Positions 47,024 through 56,348 of a stretch of DNA of 64,000 nt are shown one piece after another. Every line of letters starts with the position of its first letter. The stretch's first letter is position 1. A program made the position numbers and the translations under genes. Where the stretch lies: the IMG/VR virus record IMGVR_UViG_3300050119_000104, positions 32,001 to 96,000 of that record; one strand, written 5' to 3'. The notes under the pieces were generated by a model, which saw only the letters and a list, made by a program, of their open reading frames with translations, did no database searches and was not told where the DNA came from. The DNA is from a virus.

Positions 47024-49059
47024 CCAAAGTAGCACTCATCACCGGGATCACCGGACAGGACGGCAGCTATCTCGCCGAACTTTTGTTGGCGAAGGGCTAC
47101 ATTGTTCACGGCATCAAGCGCCGGTCATCGTCATTCAATACTGGACGCGTGAACCACCTCTACGACAACCCGCGCCTTACCCTGCATTTCGGTGATGTCA
47201 CGGACGCTACCAATATCATCAGGCTCCTGAGCGACATACAGCCGAACGAAATCTATCACTTGGCCGCGCAGAGCCACGTGCATGTCAGTTTCGAAACGCC
47301 GGAGTACACCGCGAATTCAGATGCTCTCGGCACTTTGCGAATTCTTGAAGGCATCCGCATTCTTAAAATGGAAGATCACGTTCGATTTTATCAAGCGTCA
47401 ACGTCCGAACTTTACGGTAAGGTACAGGACATTCCGCAAACCGAGAAAACTCCGTTCTATCCGCGCAGTCCTTACGCAGTGGCGAAGCTCTACGCGCATT
47501 GGATCGTTGTCAATTACCGCGAAGCTTACGGTATCCATGCGTCAAACGGCATCCTATTCAATCACGAATGTTGTGTTTTTGACACGCCGGTAGTGTATAA
47601 ACGTAACGGACTTATTGATATTAAACCGATTGGTGAGTTGGTCACGCATCGGGCTGATCCCTCAAAAGGTAAAAAATACCAAACAGCCCCCGAGGGGCTT
47701 GAAATTTGGGATGGTGAAAATTGGTCCCAAGTCACTCTAGCTACCGCAACTTGGCGGCCGCGCGGAGAAGCTAATATCATAGAAGTCAACTGTCGGGGGG
47801 CCTATTATCAGACCACAGGCGATCATGTTTCGTTTCTCAACGGAGATATCGAAGCTAAGACCAGCGACCTTAAGCCGGGCCAAGCACTCGCCCTCAAGAC
47901 TCTTCCCCCTTTGGGAAACGCACAGACATCTGTCTCGTTGGAGGAAGCCGAGCTTCTTGGTATGCTCACCGCCGATGGATATCTGAATGATGAAAGAGGA
48001 AAAGGCACATTCACAAAGAACGATGATGCCCTGCGCGAGCGAGTCTCTACATTATGGCGTCAAGTCGCCGGAGGATATACAACTGGAAGCAGTTATGACT
48101 CCGCCAAAACCGTCAAGAAGATTAATCTGAATGGAAATCCCGCCGTCCTCACTTATTGGCGCGCGGAAATGTATACAGAGCGCAAATTCAAACGCGTGCC
48201 CACACGTATCCTCAACGCATCGGAACAAGTGAGAGAAACATTCTTGCGAGGCTACAACGCTTGCGACGGACTTAAAGGTGGCCACGACATAAACCAAGAA
48301 CTCAAAGCATTCACCACCAATTCTGCGGTACTCGCACAGGGGCTATATCTGCTTTGTTCACAGTTGGGCTATAGAATAACTTTACACCCCGGAACTCGGG
48401 GTGAATTTCTTTATTATCATTTAAACATCAATGTTAAGGATGCCGTTAAGGGACAACACTTGATGCGGCCGTTGAATGAGATCAAGGTAGTTTCGCCGGT
48501 CGCTTATGAAGGGTGGGTGTTCGACCTCGCCACTAAATCAGGGACATTTTCAGCAGGTATTGGCCTAGGGTGGGTGCATAATTCGCCTCGACGCGGCGAG
48601 ACATTCGTGACGCGCAAGATAACACGAGCAGTCGCGGCCATCTATAAAGGGGAGCAGGAGTGTCTCTATCTCGGCAACCTGAGCGCTATGCGGGATTGGG
48701 GCCATGCGCAGGATTACGTCGAAGCGATGTGGCTCATGATGCAACAATCTCGGGCCGATGATTATGTCATCGCGACCGGCGAGTCGCATTCAGTGCGGGA
48801 ATTTGTCGAATTGGCTTTTGCTGCGGTCGGAATTACTATCTGGTGGGTAAATCCAGGTAGCGCGGAAGATCAGGGTATCTGTATGAAAACAAAAAAGACG
48901 CTAGTCCGCGTCGATACGCGCTATATCCGTCCGACAGAAGTCCAGATGCTGTTAGGAGATCCCACCAAGGCGCACGACCGACTCGGTTGGAAACACAAAA
49001 TCAGTTTCAAGGAACTGGTTCGAGAAATGGTAGCGAGCGATTTGGAGGCGGCGTCATGA
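47020..49059 (+). CDS. gmd: GDP-mannose 4,6-dehydratase containing an intein
   Basis: ALITGITGQDGSYLAE, AAQSHV..SF..PEYT, YQASTSELYG, YPRSPYA.AK, LFNHE|SPRRGETFVTRKI, LGNL...RDWGHA.DYV. Confidence 0.97.
   Translation: MTKVALITGITGQDGSYLAELLLAKGYIVHGIKRRSSSFNTGRVNHLYDNPRLTLHFGDVTDATNIIRLLSDIQPNEIYHLAAQSHVHVSFETPEYTANSDALGTLRILEGIRILKMEDHVRFYQASTSELYGKVQDIPQTEKTPFYPRSPYAVAKLYAHWIVVNYREAYGIHASNGILFNHECCVFDTPVVYKRNGLIDIKPIGELVTHRADPSKGKKYQTAPEGLEIWDGENWSQVTLATATWRPRGEANIIEVNCRGAYYQTTGDHVSFLNGDIEAKTSDLKPGQALALKTLPPLGNAQTSVSLEEAELLGMLTADGYLNDERGKGTFTKNDDALRERVSTLWRQVAGGYTTGSSYDSAKTVKKINLNGNPAVLTYWRAEMYTERKFKRVPTRILNASEQVRETFLRGYNACDGLKGGHDINQELKAFTTNSAVLAQGLYLLCSQLGYRITLHPGTRGEFLYYHLNINVKDAVKGQHLMRPLNEIKVVSPVAYEGWVFDLATKSGTFSAGIGLGWVHNSPRRGETFVTRKITRAVAAIYKGEQECLYLGNLSAMRDWGHAQDYVEAMWLMMQQSRADDYVIATGESHSVREFVELAFAAVGITIWWVNPGSAEDQGICMKTKKTLVRVDTRYIRPTEVQMLLGDPTKAHDRLGWKHKISFKELVREMVASDLEAAS
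47569..48582 (+). mobile_element. intein (338 aa) with a LAGLIDADG homing endonuclease, in Gmd
   Basis: Starts CCVFDTPV; LLGMLTADG and FLRGYNACDG motifs; ends VFDL.T..G.F....WVHN followed by Ser +1. Confidence 0.92.
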
Positions 49060-49859
49060 TGAACCCTGATACGAGAGTTGCAGTGTGCTGCTACGCGGGC
49101 GACCAGCATCAGGTCATTCACAGTCTTGGTCTTTTCCTGCACCACGAATGCCCCACAGTGGTCCTATCGCCGGAGGACTCGAAAGCTGAAATTCGCTACC
49201 CTGGCATCGAGAACCGTTACGGCGGCAAGCGCGCGTATATCGGACAGGACTCGCTCGACCGTGAGCGAAGGCATCTGGAAATCCTTTTGGAATTCCCGGA
49301 AAATCATTTCCTGATAAACGACGCCGACTCATTCTGCCTCGATCCTAAAATCCCCGATTATCTCTACGCTGAACCTGATCTCGTATGGTCCAATCAAGTG
49401 CAGGACGATATCCCGGAGCATCAATCAACCTTCCTGCCCGGTTGGCCGCACGTGGCATTTCAACCGCCGTATTTTCTCTCCCGCAAAACAATCAAGGCCA
49501 TGCTGGCAGTCGCCGACCAGATCACTGCCGCTCCGGTGATGCCCTTCATCGATTTCTACATGGTACAATTGACGGTCACGGCCGGGCTACCATGGCGGCG
49601 GTTTCGTAATTGCGTCAGTTGCCCGATAGCCGGAGACCCGGCTAAGAAGCACTCCAACACGGATATTGCGACATACCAAATGGGCAAGAAAATTGGCATG
49701 AACGCCGTCGTCCAAGAGGGTACGGTCATGATCCACTCGGTCAAAGACTCAAAGGTCTCGCATGCAATGGCAGCAGCGCGCCGTGTCTATGTTACAGAAC
49801 ATGCGGCGGAAGCTGGTACCTCGTGGCCCAGCCAGCCACCGATAGTTGGAAAAGGATGA
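49056..49859 (+). CDS. putative glycosyltransferase-like protein
   Basis: LINDADS DxD-like motif; sits within the sugar locus. Confidence 0.5.
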   Translation: MMNPDTRVAVCCYAGDQHQVIHSLGLFLHHECPTVVLSPEDSKAEIRYPGIENRYGGKRAYIGQDSLDRERRHLEILLEFPENHFLINDADSFCLDPKIPDYLYAEPDLVWSNQVQDDIPEHQSTFLPGWPHVAFQPPYFLSRKTIKAMLAVADQITAAPVMPFIDFYMVQLTVTAGLPWRRFRNCVSCPIAGDPAKKHSNTDIATYQMGKKIGMNAVVQEGTVMIHSVKDSKVSHAMAAARRVYVTEHAAEAGTSWPSQPPIVGKG

Positions 49860-49865
49860 TCTAAA

Positions 49866-50789
49866 ATGGAAACCGGAGACACCATTCTCGTCACTGGCGC
49901 GTTCGGCCTCGTTGGGTCTGCCGTCGTCGAACATCTCGAAGCATCGGGCTTTCGGTATGTAGTCAGTCTTGCGCATTGCGATCTACGAGACCCGACCAGG
50001 ACCCTCGCCGCATTCCGAGACGTTCAGCCAGCTTATATTTTCCATGCCGCCGCTCGCGTGTACGGCATTCTTGGCAACATGAATAATCAAGGGAAATCCT
50101 ATCTGGAAAATACTTTGATCAATACCAATGTCATCGAAGCCGCGCGTTACGTCGGCGTCAAAAAGATCACTGTCATGGGCACGAATGCGGTCTATCCGTT
50201 CCCACCGGTCCTGCCATTCAAAGAGGACACCATTTTCGATGGTCGGCCACACTCATCCGAGAGCGGATATGCACACGCCAAGCGTGGTATGCTGGCAATG
50301 CTGGAAGCCTACCAGGAAAGCTACGGTATCGATTGGGCCTACATCGTTTCATGCAATCTCTACGGGCCGCGCGACAAATTCGATCCAGTTAACGGTCATG
50401 TTATCCCCGCACTCATTCGGAATTTTTACGAAGCGTCCTTGACGGGTAAGCCAGTTGTAGTGTGGGGCGATGGATCGGCGCACCGCAATTTCCTGTACGT
50501 CAAGGATTTGGCCCGCATCGTGTTGCTCATCATGAACGGGATACGAAATCAAGCAATTAATGTCGGCGACGGAACTGTGCATAGTATTCGTGAGGTGGTT
50601 GATACGTTATCTGTAATCGCCGGATATACAGATATCCGATGGGATGCGACCAAGCCGAATGGGCAAGCATACCGCGCCGCCGACCTGAGTCGCCTCGATG
50701 CGACCGGCTTCAAATGTCAGTATTCGCTCGAACAAGGTTTGCGCGAGACCTGGGACTGGTACTACCAGGAAGCCTTGACACACCCGTAA
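49866..50789 (+). CDS. fcl: GDP-L-fucose synthase-like epimerase/reductase
   Basis: VTGAFGLVGS, HAAARV.GI..N, GYAHAK, CNLYGP.DKFD...GHVIPALI, WD.TKPNG. Confidence 0.88.
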   Translation: METGDTILVTGAFGLVGSAVVEHLEASGFRYVVSLAHCDLRDPTRTLAAFRDVQPAYIFHAAARVYGILGNMNNQGKSYLENTLINTNVIEAARYVGVKKITVMGTNAVYPFPPVLPFKEDTIFDGRPHSSESGYAHAKRGMLAMLEAYQESYGIDWAYIVSCNLYGPRDKFDPVNGHVIPALIRNFYEASLTGKPVVVWGDGSAHRNFLYVKDLARIVLLIMNGIRNQAINVGDGTVHSIREVVDTLSVIAGYTDIRWDATKPNGQAYRAADLSRLDATGFKCQYSLEQGLRETWDWYYQEALTHP

Positions 50790-50825
50790 AAATCTGGCAT
50801 TTAGGCTCGATCACGTGCAAGCTTT

Positions 50826-50865
50826 CCGCCCGGCGTGAATGACAATTTACGTCGGGCGGTTTTCC
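50826..50865 (+). terminator. long hairpin plus T run after fcl
   Basis: CCGCCCGGCGTGAAT-gaca-ATTTACGTCGGGCGG followed by TTTT. Confidence 0.55.
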
Positions 50866-50869
50866 TTTC

Positions 50870-50945
50870 GGGGCCATAGCTCAGTTGGTAGAGCGCCTGT
50901 TTTGCAAGCAGGATGTCGGTGGTTCAAATCCATCTGGCTCCACCA
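50870..50945 (+). tRNA. tRNA-Ala(TGC)
   Basis: Cloverleaf, G3:U70 pair, GGTTCAAATC T-arm, encoded CCA. Confidence 0.95.
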
Positions 50946-50971
50946 AATTTAACGAAGTGAGTAAACATCAA

Positions 50972-51214
50972 ATGAAAAACCCAAAGCTTGTCTATGTCGA
51001 GTTCTTGGATCATGGATCGTCAATTGGTTGGCGTTCCGATAACGAGGTTGATATTGAGACTCCCGCCATAAACCTTTGTTTTGCAGTCGGCTGGATTGTT
51101 GCCGAAAACAAAAAAGTGCTGTGTCTTGGTTCATTTCGCTCCGACAATAAGGACTCGCAGGTTCGGCAGTACATTCTAAAAAGTTGCATTACTAAACGGC
51201 GTCAGTTGCGATGA
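50972..51214 (+). CDS. hypothetical phage protein
   Basis: LVYVEFLDH...GW...C.AVGW pattern. Confidence 0.65.
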   Translation: MKNPKLVYVEFLDHGSSIGWRSDNEVDIETPAINLCFAVGWIVAENKKVLCLGSFRSDNKDSQVRQYILKSCITKRRQLR

Positions 51215-51293
51215 CAAACCTAACCCCTAAATCAACCTTGCATCTGCCTCCCCCCTATGCTAAAGACCTGCCCTTACGGGAGGGCTATACCCC

Positions 51294-51441
51294 ATGACAA
51301 TGCGCTATTTATTTTGGACGATCATCCTTCTCCAGTGGCTACAGCGGCATCAATCATGTCTACCTAGGCGGCAGTCTGATCCTCTACGTCCTCATCGGAT
51401 TGCTCGGATGGAAAACCTACGGTAAGCCCATCGAGGGCTAA
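51294..51441 (+). pseudogene. frameshifted small membrane protein
   Basis: MTMRYLFWTIILL in one frame; GGSLILYVLIGLLGWKTYGKPIEG in another. Confidence 0.45.
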
Positions 51442-51527
51442 TCGAAAATCGAGCGTCCCCCGCTCGATTTTGTACACAAACTTCGGACAACGCATATGAC
51501 TTCGGTGTACCAGCAACAATGCATCGT

Positions 51528-51601
51528 GGCCCTGTCGTTTAATGGCAGGACGCGGCGCTTTGACCGCCGAGACGTGAGGTCGAGACTCACCGGGGCTTCC
51601 A
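51528..51601 (+). tRNA. tRNA-Gln(TTG), atypical
   Basis: Cloverleaf, CT-TTG-AC loop, CCA end; T-loop reads GTCGAGA. Confidence 0.75.
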
Positions 51602-51643
51602 ACTACGGCTTTACGCCGCCCGCGCCAGCGCGGTAGGGCGCAT

Positions 51644-51719
51644 CAGGGCGTAGCTCAGTTGGTAGAGTACCGGACCCGGACTCCGGGGGTCGTCAGTTCA
51701 AGTCTGACCGCCCTGACTA
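51644..51719 (+). tRNA. tRNA-Pro(CGG), atypical
   Basis: CAGGGCG/CGCCCTG acceptor stem; loop CC-CGG-AC (C33); 3' end CTA. Confidence 0.8.
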
Positions 51720-51737
51720 AACATCGAGGGGAATGTC

Positions 51738-52112
51738 GTGGCGGACCTTGAGTCAATCAAGACGGCCGATCAACCGGCGGTATCGGTCAGCGTTCCTGCT
51801 GGCTCGCTACCTAATGAGCCCGCCATAGCTATAGTAACGCCCGAGCCGCCGCCGATTACCGCGCTCTCAAAAATCACCCCGGTAGCCTGCGCCAAATTTT
51901 TCGATATCTACGCGACACCATCCTGGCGCTTCGCCCATAAGATGTGGTCGGTGCGTATTGCGATATTTTGGGCAATCTTCGGCGGTCTTTGGGTTGCTGT
52001 TCCCGCATTTCAAAATTACCTTCCGCCATTTTATTTCGCGTGCGTTTGCGTCGGCATGTCACTCGCAATTTGCTTCGCACGACTCACCAATCAACCAGGA
52101 TTACCCGGATGA
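51738..52112 (+). CDS. holin-like membrane protein
   Basis: WR...KMWSVR + two TM segments, upstream of the endolysin. Confidence 0.6.
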   Translation: MADLESIKTADQPAVSVSVPAGSLPNEPAIAIVTPEPPPITALSKITPVACAKFFDIYATPSWRFAHKMWSVRIAIFWAIFGGLWVAVPAFQNYLPPFYFACVCVGMSLAICFARLTNQPGLPG

Positions 52113-52351
52113 TCAGAAAGAAGCGGCGGCCAACGCCGATACCGACGCCGACGCCAGTGTGGAAATCACCTGTCACGTGGCTCTCAGCAGTTACCGGCGG
52201 TAGCGGAGCATTCAGCGCAGTTGCGGCCGATCCAACCGTGACGACCTTACTTCACAATCCAGTTTCGTGGATTGGGTTCTCGACGATTGTTCTCGCAGGA
52301 TCAGTTGCATATTTTCATTGGCGTGACCACTCGCCGCCGCATAGTTGGTAG
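52109..52351 (+). CDS. small membrane protein (lysis-associated?)
   Basis: Two hydrophobic segments; directly before the endolysin. Confidence 0.5.
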   Translation: MIRKKRRPTPIPTPTPVWKSPVTWLSAVTGGSGAFSAVAADPTVTTLLHNPVSWIGFSTIVLAGSVAYFHWRDHSPPHSW

Positions 52352-52360
52352 GAAAAACTC

Positions 52361-52927
52361 ATGAGCATATTCAGCCTGCCTGCGCCGTCTGCACGCCAGA
52401 AAACCGGATGGGCCGCAGCGGCGATCCTCACTGTCACCATGTGTGCCAGCTTCGAAGGCTACGCCAAGCACCCATATGTGGATTACGTCGGACGCGGCCA
52501 CCCAATAACGTGGTGCTTCGGTGAAACGAAAACCGATGGCCCTATCCCGAAAATGACTGCCACGTTTACCAGAGAACAATGCGACGAGCTTCTCAAAAAG
52601 AGCTTGGTCAAGTACAACATCGAAATCAACAAATATATTCACGTCGTAATGGGTGCGCAGACCGAAGCAGCCATGACAGACGCTGCTTATAATCTCGGGT
52701 CTGGCATATTCAAGCGTGGTTCAATGACGCGTTACCTGAATGCTGGCGGTGACTTCAATGACGTTGTTGGGGCATCTCAATCAGTGGCGTACCGGCGGTA
52801 TCATCCGCTCGCATGCCACGCGCTGCGCGCCTACAACCACGGCACTGTCCACGGGCGCTCTACAGTATTGCCTGGACTGACGCGCCGCCGCGCGGCCGAA
52901 GAAGCCCTCTGTAACCAGGACAATTGA
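52361..52927 (+). CDS. GH24 lysozyme, probable SAR endolysin
   Basis: N-terminal weak TM followed by FEG.....YVD........T.CFGET. Confidence 0.9.
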   Translation: MSIFSLPAPSARQKTGWAAAAILTVTMCASFEGYAKHPYVDYVGRGHPITWCFGETKTDGPIPKMTATFTREQCDELLKKSLVKYNIEINKYIHVVMGAQTEAAMTDAAYNLGSGIFKRGSMTRYLNAGGDFNDVVGASQSVAYRRYHPLACHALRAYNHGTVHGRSTVLPGLTRRRAAEEALCNQDN

Positions 52928-52970
52928 CCGCTCTGAAAAGTCCGCACATATCTCGTGAACCTGCACATTT

Positions 52971-54188
52971 CTATGCCGCCACTTTGAAGTGTGTTTCATT
53001 TTCTTCCTGCTTCACAGAGCGGCGTTTCACGCGGGGCTTTCGCACCGCGCCAGAGCGCTGTTCTCCACAGGCTGTAACCGCAAAGCTCGCGGCCATCTTC
53101 TCAAGATTTCGTGCGGCATTCAGGTCGCGATCATGCGACGCGCCGCAGTCTTCGCAGGTCCAGGAGCGGACATCTAGGGGCATCGAGTCGTGTATCACGC
53201 CGCATTCGGAACAAGTCTTGCTCGACGGATAGAACCGATCAGCGGTAACGATCGTCGCACCGTACCATTTCGCCTTGTATTCAAGCATTCGTCGGAACTC
53301 ACCAAATCCGGCATCGGATATTGAACGCGCCAGATGGCCATTCCGGACCATGCCTTTGACATGCAGGTCCTCGATGCCGATCCAGTCGAACTCGTGAACG
53401 AGGCGATGTGTCAGCTTGTGGTGGGCGTCGCACCGGACATTGACAATGCGAACGTGTACCTTCGCCAGACGCGCCTTGGCTTTCCGCCAATTGACGCTGT
53501 GCCGGACCTTCCGGGCGAGCGCCTTGTTGGCGCGCCGGAGCCTCACCAGCGCGTTCTTATGGGCCTTGGGGCCGGCGACCATCTCACCAGTCGAGAGTGC
53601 CGCCAGCGTCGTCACGCCGAGATCAATGCCGACTACGCGAGGAATTACAGGTCGCTCGATCGGCTGGATATCAGTGTCGACCAGGACTGACACGAACCAG
53701 CGCCCGGCCGACTTGCTGATCGTTGCGCGCTTGAGTACGCCATCGAAGCGTACAGCCTCTCGCATCTTGATCCAGCCGATCACCGGCAGCTTGATACGCT
53801 TGCCTTCGGCGCGGAATGTCCCGGCTTCATTAGCGGCGCAGAACGAGGGTGTGGCCTTCGCTCTGCTTTTGAATCTGGGATAGCGGCCGTTGTGAGTGTT
53901 CGATTTGAAGTTGCGGAAGGCGATGCCAAGATCAATAATAGCCTCCTGCACGACACACTTGCCAACTTCACAGGCCCAAGGGAATTTTTCGCGTTTGGTG
54001 GCGTTGAACTGCTTCCGCAAACTGATTTCGGAGGGGAACGGCGTGCCGAAGAAGTACCAGTTTTGAGCCTGCTCTTTCCACGCACCCAGCGCCCAATTGT
54101 ACGCGAAGCGCGCAGTCCCAGCGGCACGGGCAAGATATAGCTCTTGCTCCGCATTAGGGTTCAGCGCGACGCGGTGGGCAACTAGCAC
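52971..54188 (-). CDS. tnpB: TnpB nuclease (canonical D-E-D)
   Basis: N-terminal HTH (GTARFAYNWAL), GIDLG, IGIEDL, YPSSKTCS.CG, HDRDLNAARN. Confidence 0.95.
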   Translation of the reverse strand: MLVAHRVALNPNAEQELYLARAAGTARFAYNWALGAWKEQAQNWYFFGTPFPSEISLRKQFNATKREKFPWACEVGKCVVQEAIIDLGIAFRNFKSNTHNGRYPRFKSRAKATPSFCAANEAGTFRAEGKRIKLPVIGWIKMREAVRFDGVLKRATISKSAGRWFVSVLVDTDIQPIERPVIPRVVGIDLGVTTLAALSTGEMVAGPKAHKNALVRLRRANKALARKVRHSVNWRKAKARLAKVHVRIVNVRCDAHHKLTHRLVHEFDWIGIEDLHVKGMVRNGHLARSISDAGFGEFRRMLEYKAKWYGATIVTADRFYPSSKTCSECGVIHDSMPLDVRSWTCEDCGASHDRDLNAARNLEKMAASFAVTACGEQRSGAVRKPRVKRRSVKQEENETHFKVAA

Positions 54189-54300
54189 GCGATTTCCTTT
54201 TTTACGGTATCCAGAAGCTTCTTCGTCTTGTGCGACCCCGAAGCGTGGTGATGGCGACGCCGAGCATTTCAGCTGCTAACCCTACTTTTATAAGCTTCAT
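54183..54300 (-). pseudogene. tnpA: IS607 serine-recombinase TnpA remnant
   Basis: MKLIKVGLAAEMLGVAITTLR (MerR-like HTH) joined out of frame to GSHKTKKLLDTVKK (C-terminus). Confidence 0.7.
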
Positions 54301-54421
54301 AAGGAGAGATATAGGCGGATTTGTATATTATATATACCCCCAATTTAGCCGGTTGCGCTCGCGGGCGGGTTGTGGCAACACATAGCCGCCTATTCCCTCA
54401 TCATACACAAAGGAGTCCCTG

Positions 54422-54853
54422 ATGTTTCACGTAGCTCTCGATGGTCTCTGGCTTGTCGGCGCGCTCGTCGCCGCCGCGCTAGTCGGCGTCTTTGTTTCCC
54501 AATACATCAAGGACAGTCTAAAGGGCGTCCCGTCCGCCCTGCGTACGGCTTTGTCGGCTACCGAGTCAACCGCCCTCGCCGCGTTGAAAGAGGCAGAAGC
54601 AGCGGTCGTGAAAGAATTCGCCAAGAAAGTCTCTCCGGCGGCTACGGCTGCGGCTGCGACCGTTCCCGTGATTGCGGTTTCATCGGTAGCCAAAGCTGTG
54701 ACCCCGGCTCCGCTTGCAGTTCCAGTTCCGATTGCGTCGGCTGCGGCCGCTCCGGTCGTGGCGGCTCCGGTTGCAGTTCAAGCTCCCGGCGGCCCGGCCA
54801 CATCGACTGTGGTTCAGGTTCCGACCGAAACGGCACCGGCCGTTAAAGTATAA
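54422..54853 (+). CDS. membrane-anchored Ala/Pro/Val-rich protein
   Basis: RBS AGGAG; N-terminal TM. Confidence 0.65.
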   Translation: MFHVALDGLWLVGALVAAALVGVFVSQYIKDSLKGVPSALRTALSATESTALAALKEAEAAVVKEFAKKVSPAATAAAATVPVIAVSSVAKAVTPAPLAVPVPIASAAAAPVVAAPVAVQAPGGPATSTVVQVPTETAPAVKV

Positions 54854-54887
54854 CGCTCTAACTCTGGGGTTACAGGGGGGATGTGTT

Positions 54888-55196
54888 GTGTTTTTGATCA
54901 ACGAATTTTTTGCGGGAGCCCTTGCGCTGGTATGGCATTGGGGCGCTGGCGTCGCGATCATTATCCTGTTGCTCGCCGCTGCCTACTTCTCCCCACTCTA
55001 TAAGAAATGGTTTCTCGGCGCGGCAGCAGTAGTCGCGCTGTGCTTGGCGTCTTACGGCGTCGGCATTGCTGATCAGGCCGCGCGGGCGAAAGCCCAGCAG
55101 CTAGTCGTGATCGAGCACGTAGATAAAGTTGTTGCAGGCACGAAAACCAAACGTGCCATTGCGCGCAAGGACAAGTGGGACAGGAAAGATTATTGA
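54888..55196 (+). CDS. putative inner-membrane spanin (Rz-like)
   Basis: TM segments followed by a basic helical tail; after the endolysin. Confidence 0.5.
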   Translation: MFLINEFFAGALALVWHWGAGVAIIILLLAAAYFSPLYKKWFLGAAAVVALCLASYGVGIADQAARAKAQQLVVIEHVDKVVAGTKTKRAIARKDKWDRKDY

Positions 55197-55255
55197 CGCG
55201 CGTAAAGTATCATTTATTGATCCTTTTCGCAGTCGAAAAATAGGATATTTGGGAT

Positions 55256-55492
55256 ATGCGAAAATTCGCCCTTATCGTGACTTTGTGCATGTGTGCTGTA
55301 CTGCTCGCCGACTGCGACGCGAGCGATCTGACTCCGGCGCAGACGACGGCGGTCTGCCATGCGCTCATGGGCCCGATCCGTTACAATACCTACAACATCA
55401 AGAGTGGCCGTTATTCAGGTCACATCCTAGCCCTCGATCTAAAAGCCCGCAATCAAGTAGGACAGGGACTCCGATGCGCGCAGTATCGCTAA
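55256..55492 (+). CDS. putative outer-membrane spanin lipoprotein (Rz1-like)
   Basis: Signal ending LLADC; follows the Rz-like gene. Confidence 0.5.
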   Translation: MRKFALIVTLCMCAVLLADCDASDLTPAQTTAVCHALMGPIRYNTYNIKSGRYSGHILALDLKARNQVGQGLRCAQYR

Positions 55493-55719
55493 TTGACAAA
55501 TGTTGGAGCTTGGCCTTTGCACTTCCTCTGGTCCTTGCTCTTGCTCCGTCCGCGTTTGCGGCTCACCATTACGCTACGCCGTTGCATCGTTGGAGTTGCG
55601 CCGACGTACCGTATTGGATTAGGAGCTACTCGCCATCAACGGTGGCCTCGACCGCAGCAAATATGGGCATGGCCCGTTGGGAAATCATTCGACTTCTAAA
55701 ATGTCTACCGAAGCAGTGA
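55474..55719 (+). CDS. small secreted Cys-pair protein
   Basis: Signal ...APSAFA, then C..VP..IR...CL domain shared with 17810-18295. Confidence 0.5.
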   Translation: MRAVSLIDKCWSLAFALPLVLALAPSAFAAHHYATPLHRWSCADVPYWIRSYSPSTVASTAANMGMARWEIIRLLKCLPKQ

Positions 55720-55903
55720 CCGTTTGGAAACGGGGAGTATGAGATGTCAACTTCAAAGCGAGTCGCCAATCAAGTATTCAAACAGAAGAAGTCTGAGCCC
55801 TCCTGCCTGATCGAAGCCGCCGTAGTCGGGTTCGAGCGCGTCATCAAAGATAGTCTTGCTCACATGACTCAGTACATCAACAAAATATCAGATAGGGTAG
55901 GCC

Positions 55904-56347
55904 ATGAGCAAAAGTGACGGCATCAAAGCCATCGCCGAACAGATGACGCTCCTTGATGATGCGACAGTGAGGGCGACAGGAAAAGTTGATGCGTCGAGAA
56001 TAGCTGCGTCGGATCAACTCGAAGCAACGGCGACAGCGGCAGCGATAAAGGTCGAAACGGCGGCGACAGCGGCGGCGATAAAGGTCGAAGCGGCGGCGTC
56101 AGCGGCGGCGGTAAGGATCGAAAAATCGGCGTCCGAAGCAGCAGCAAAGGTCGAAGCAGCGGCGACAATAGCGACAACAGCAGTGGCGGCGGCGGCGGCA
56201 GCGGCAATCGCGACGATAGCGGCAGCGGCAAAGACGGCTACCGCGACGGCGGATACAGCGGCAACAGCAGTAGCGGCAACGGCGTCAGACGCGGCAGCAG
56301 CAGTAGCAGCGACGGCGGCGGCAGCAGCGAAAGAAGTGGGCCATTAA
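55904..56347 (+). CDS. Ala/Thr-repeat low-complexity protein
   Basis: Repeated ATAAAIKVE units. Confidence 0.6.
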   Translation: MSKSDGIKAIAEQMTLLDDATVRATGKVDASRIAASDQLEATATAAAIKVETAATAAAIKVEAAASAAAVRIEKSASEAAAKVEAAATIATTAVAAAAAAAIATIAAAAKTATATADTAATAVAATASDAAAAVAATAAAAAKEVGH

Positions 56348-56348
56348 A

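Larger units (their letters stand above)
52928..54340 (-). mobile_element. IS607-family element with internally deleted tnpA; ends approximate
   Basis: IS607-type TnpB; TnpA termini remain; right end ...ATGTGCGGACTTTTCAGAGCGG. Confidence 0.75.

Noticed and set aside
53684-53698. Match of the cassette's putative guide (GGTTCGTGTC-GTCC) to the IS607 tnpB gene; also a 10-nt hit at 19910
   Set aside because: Only 10 contiguous nt plus a bulge; compatible with chance in 64 kb.
52928-54340. IStron (group I intron fused to the IS)
   Set aside because: No recognisable P/Q/R/S intron core, and the insertion is intergenic.
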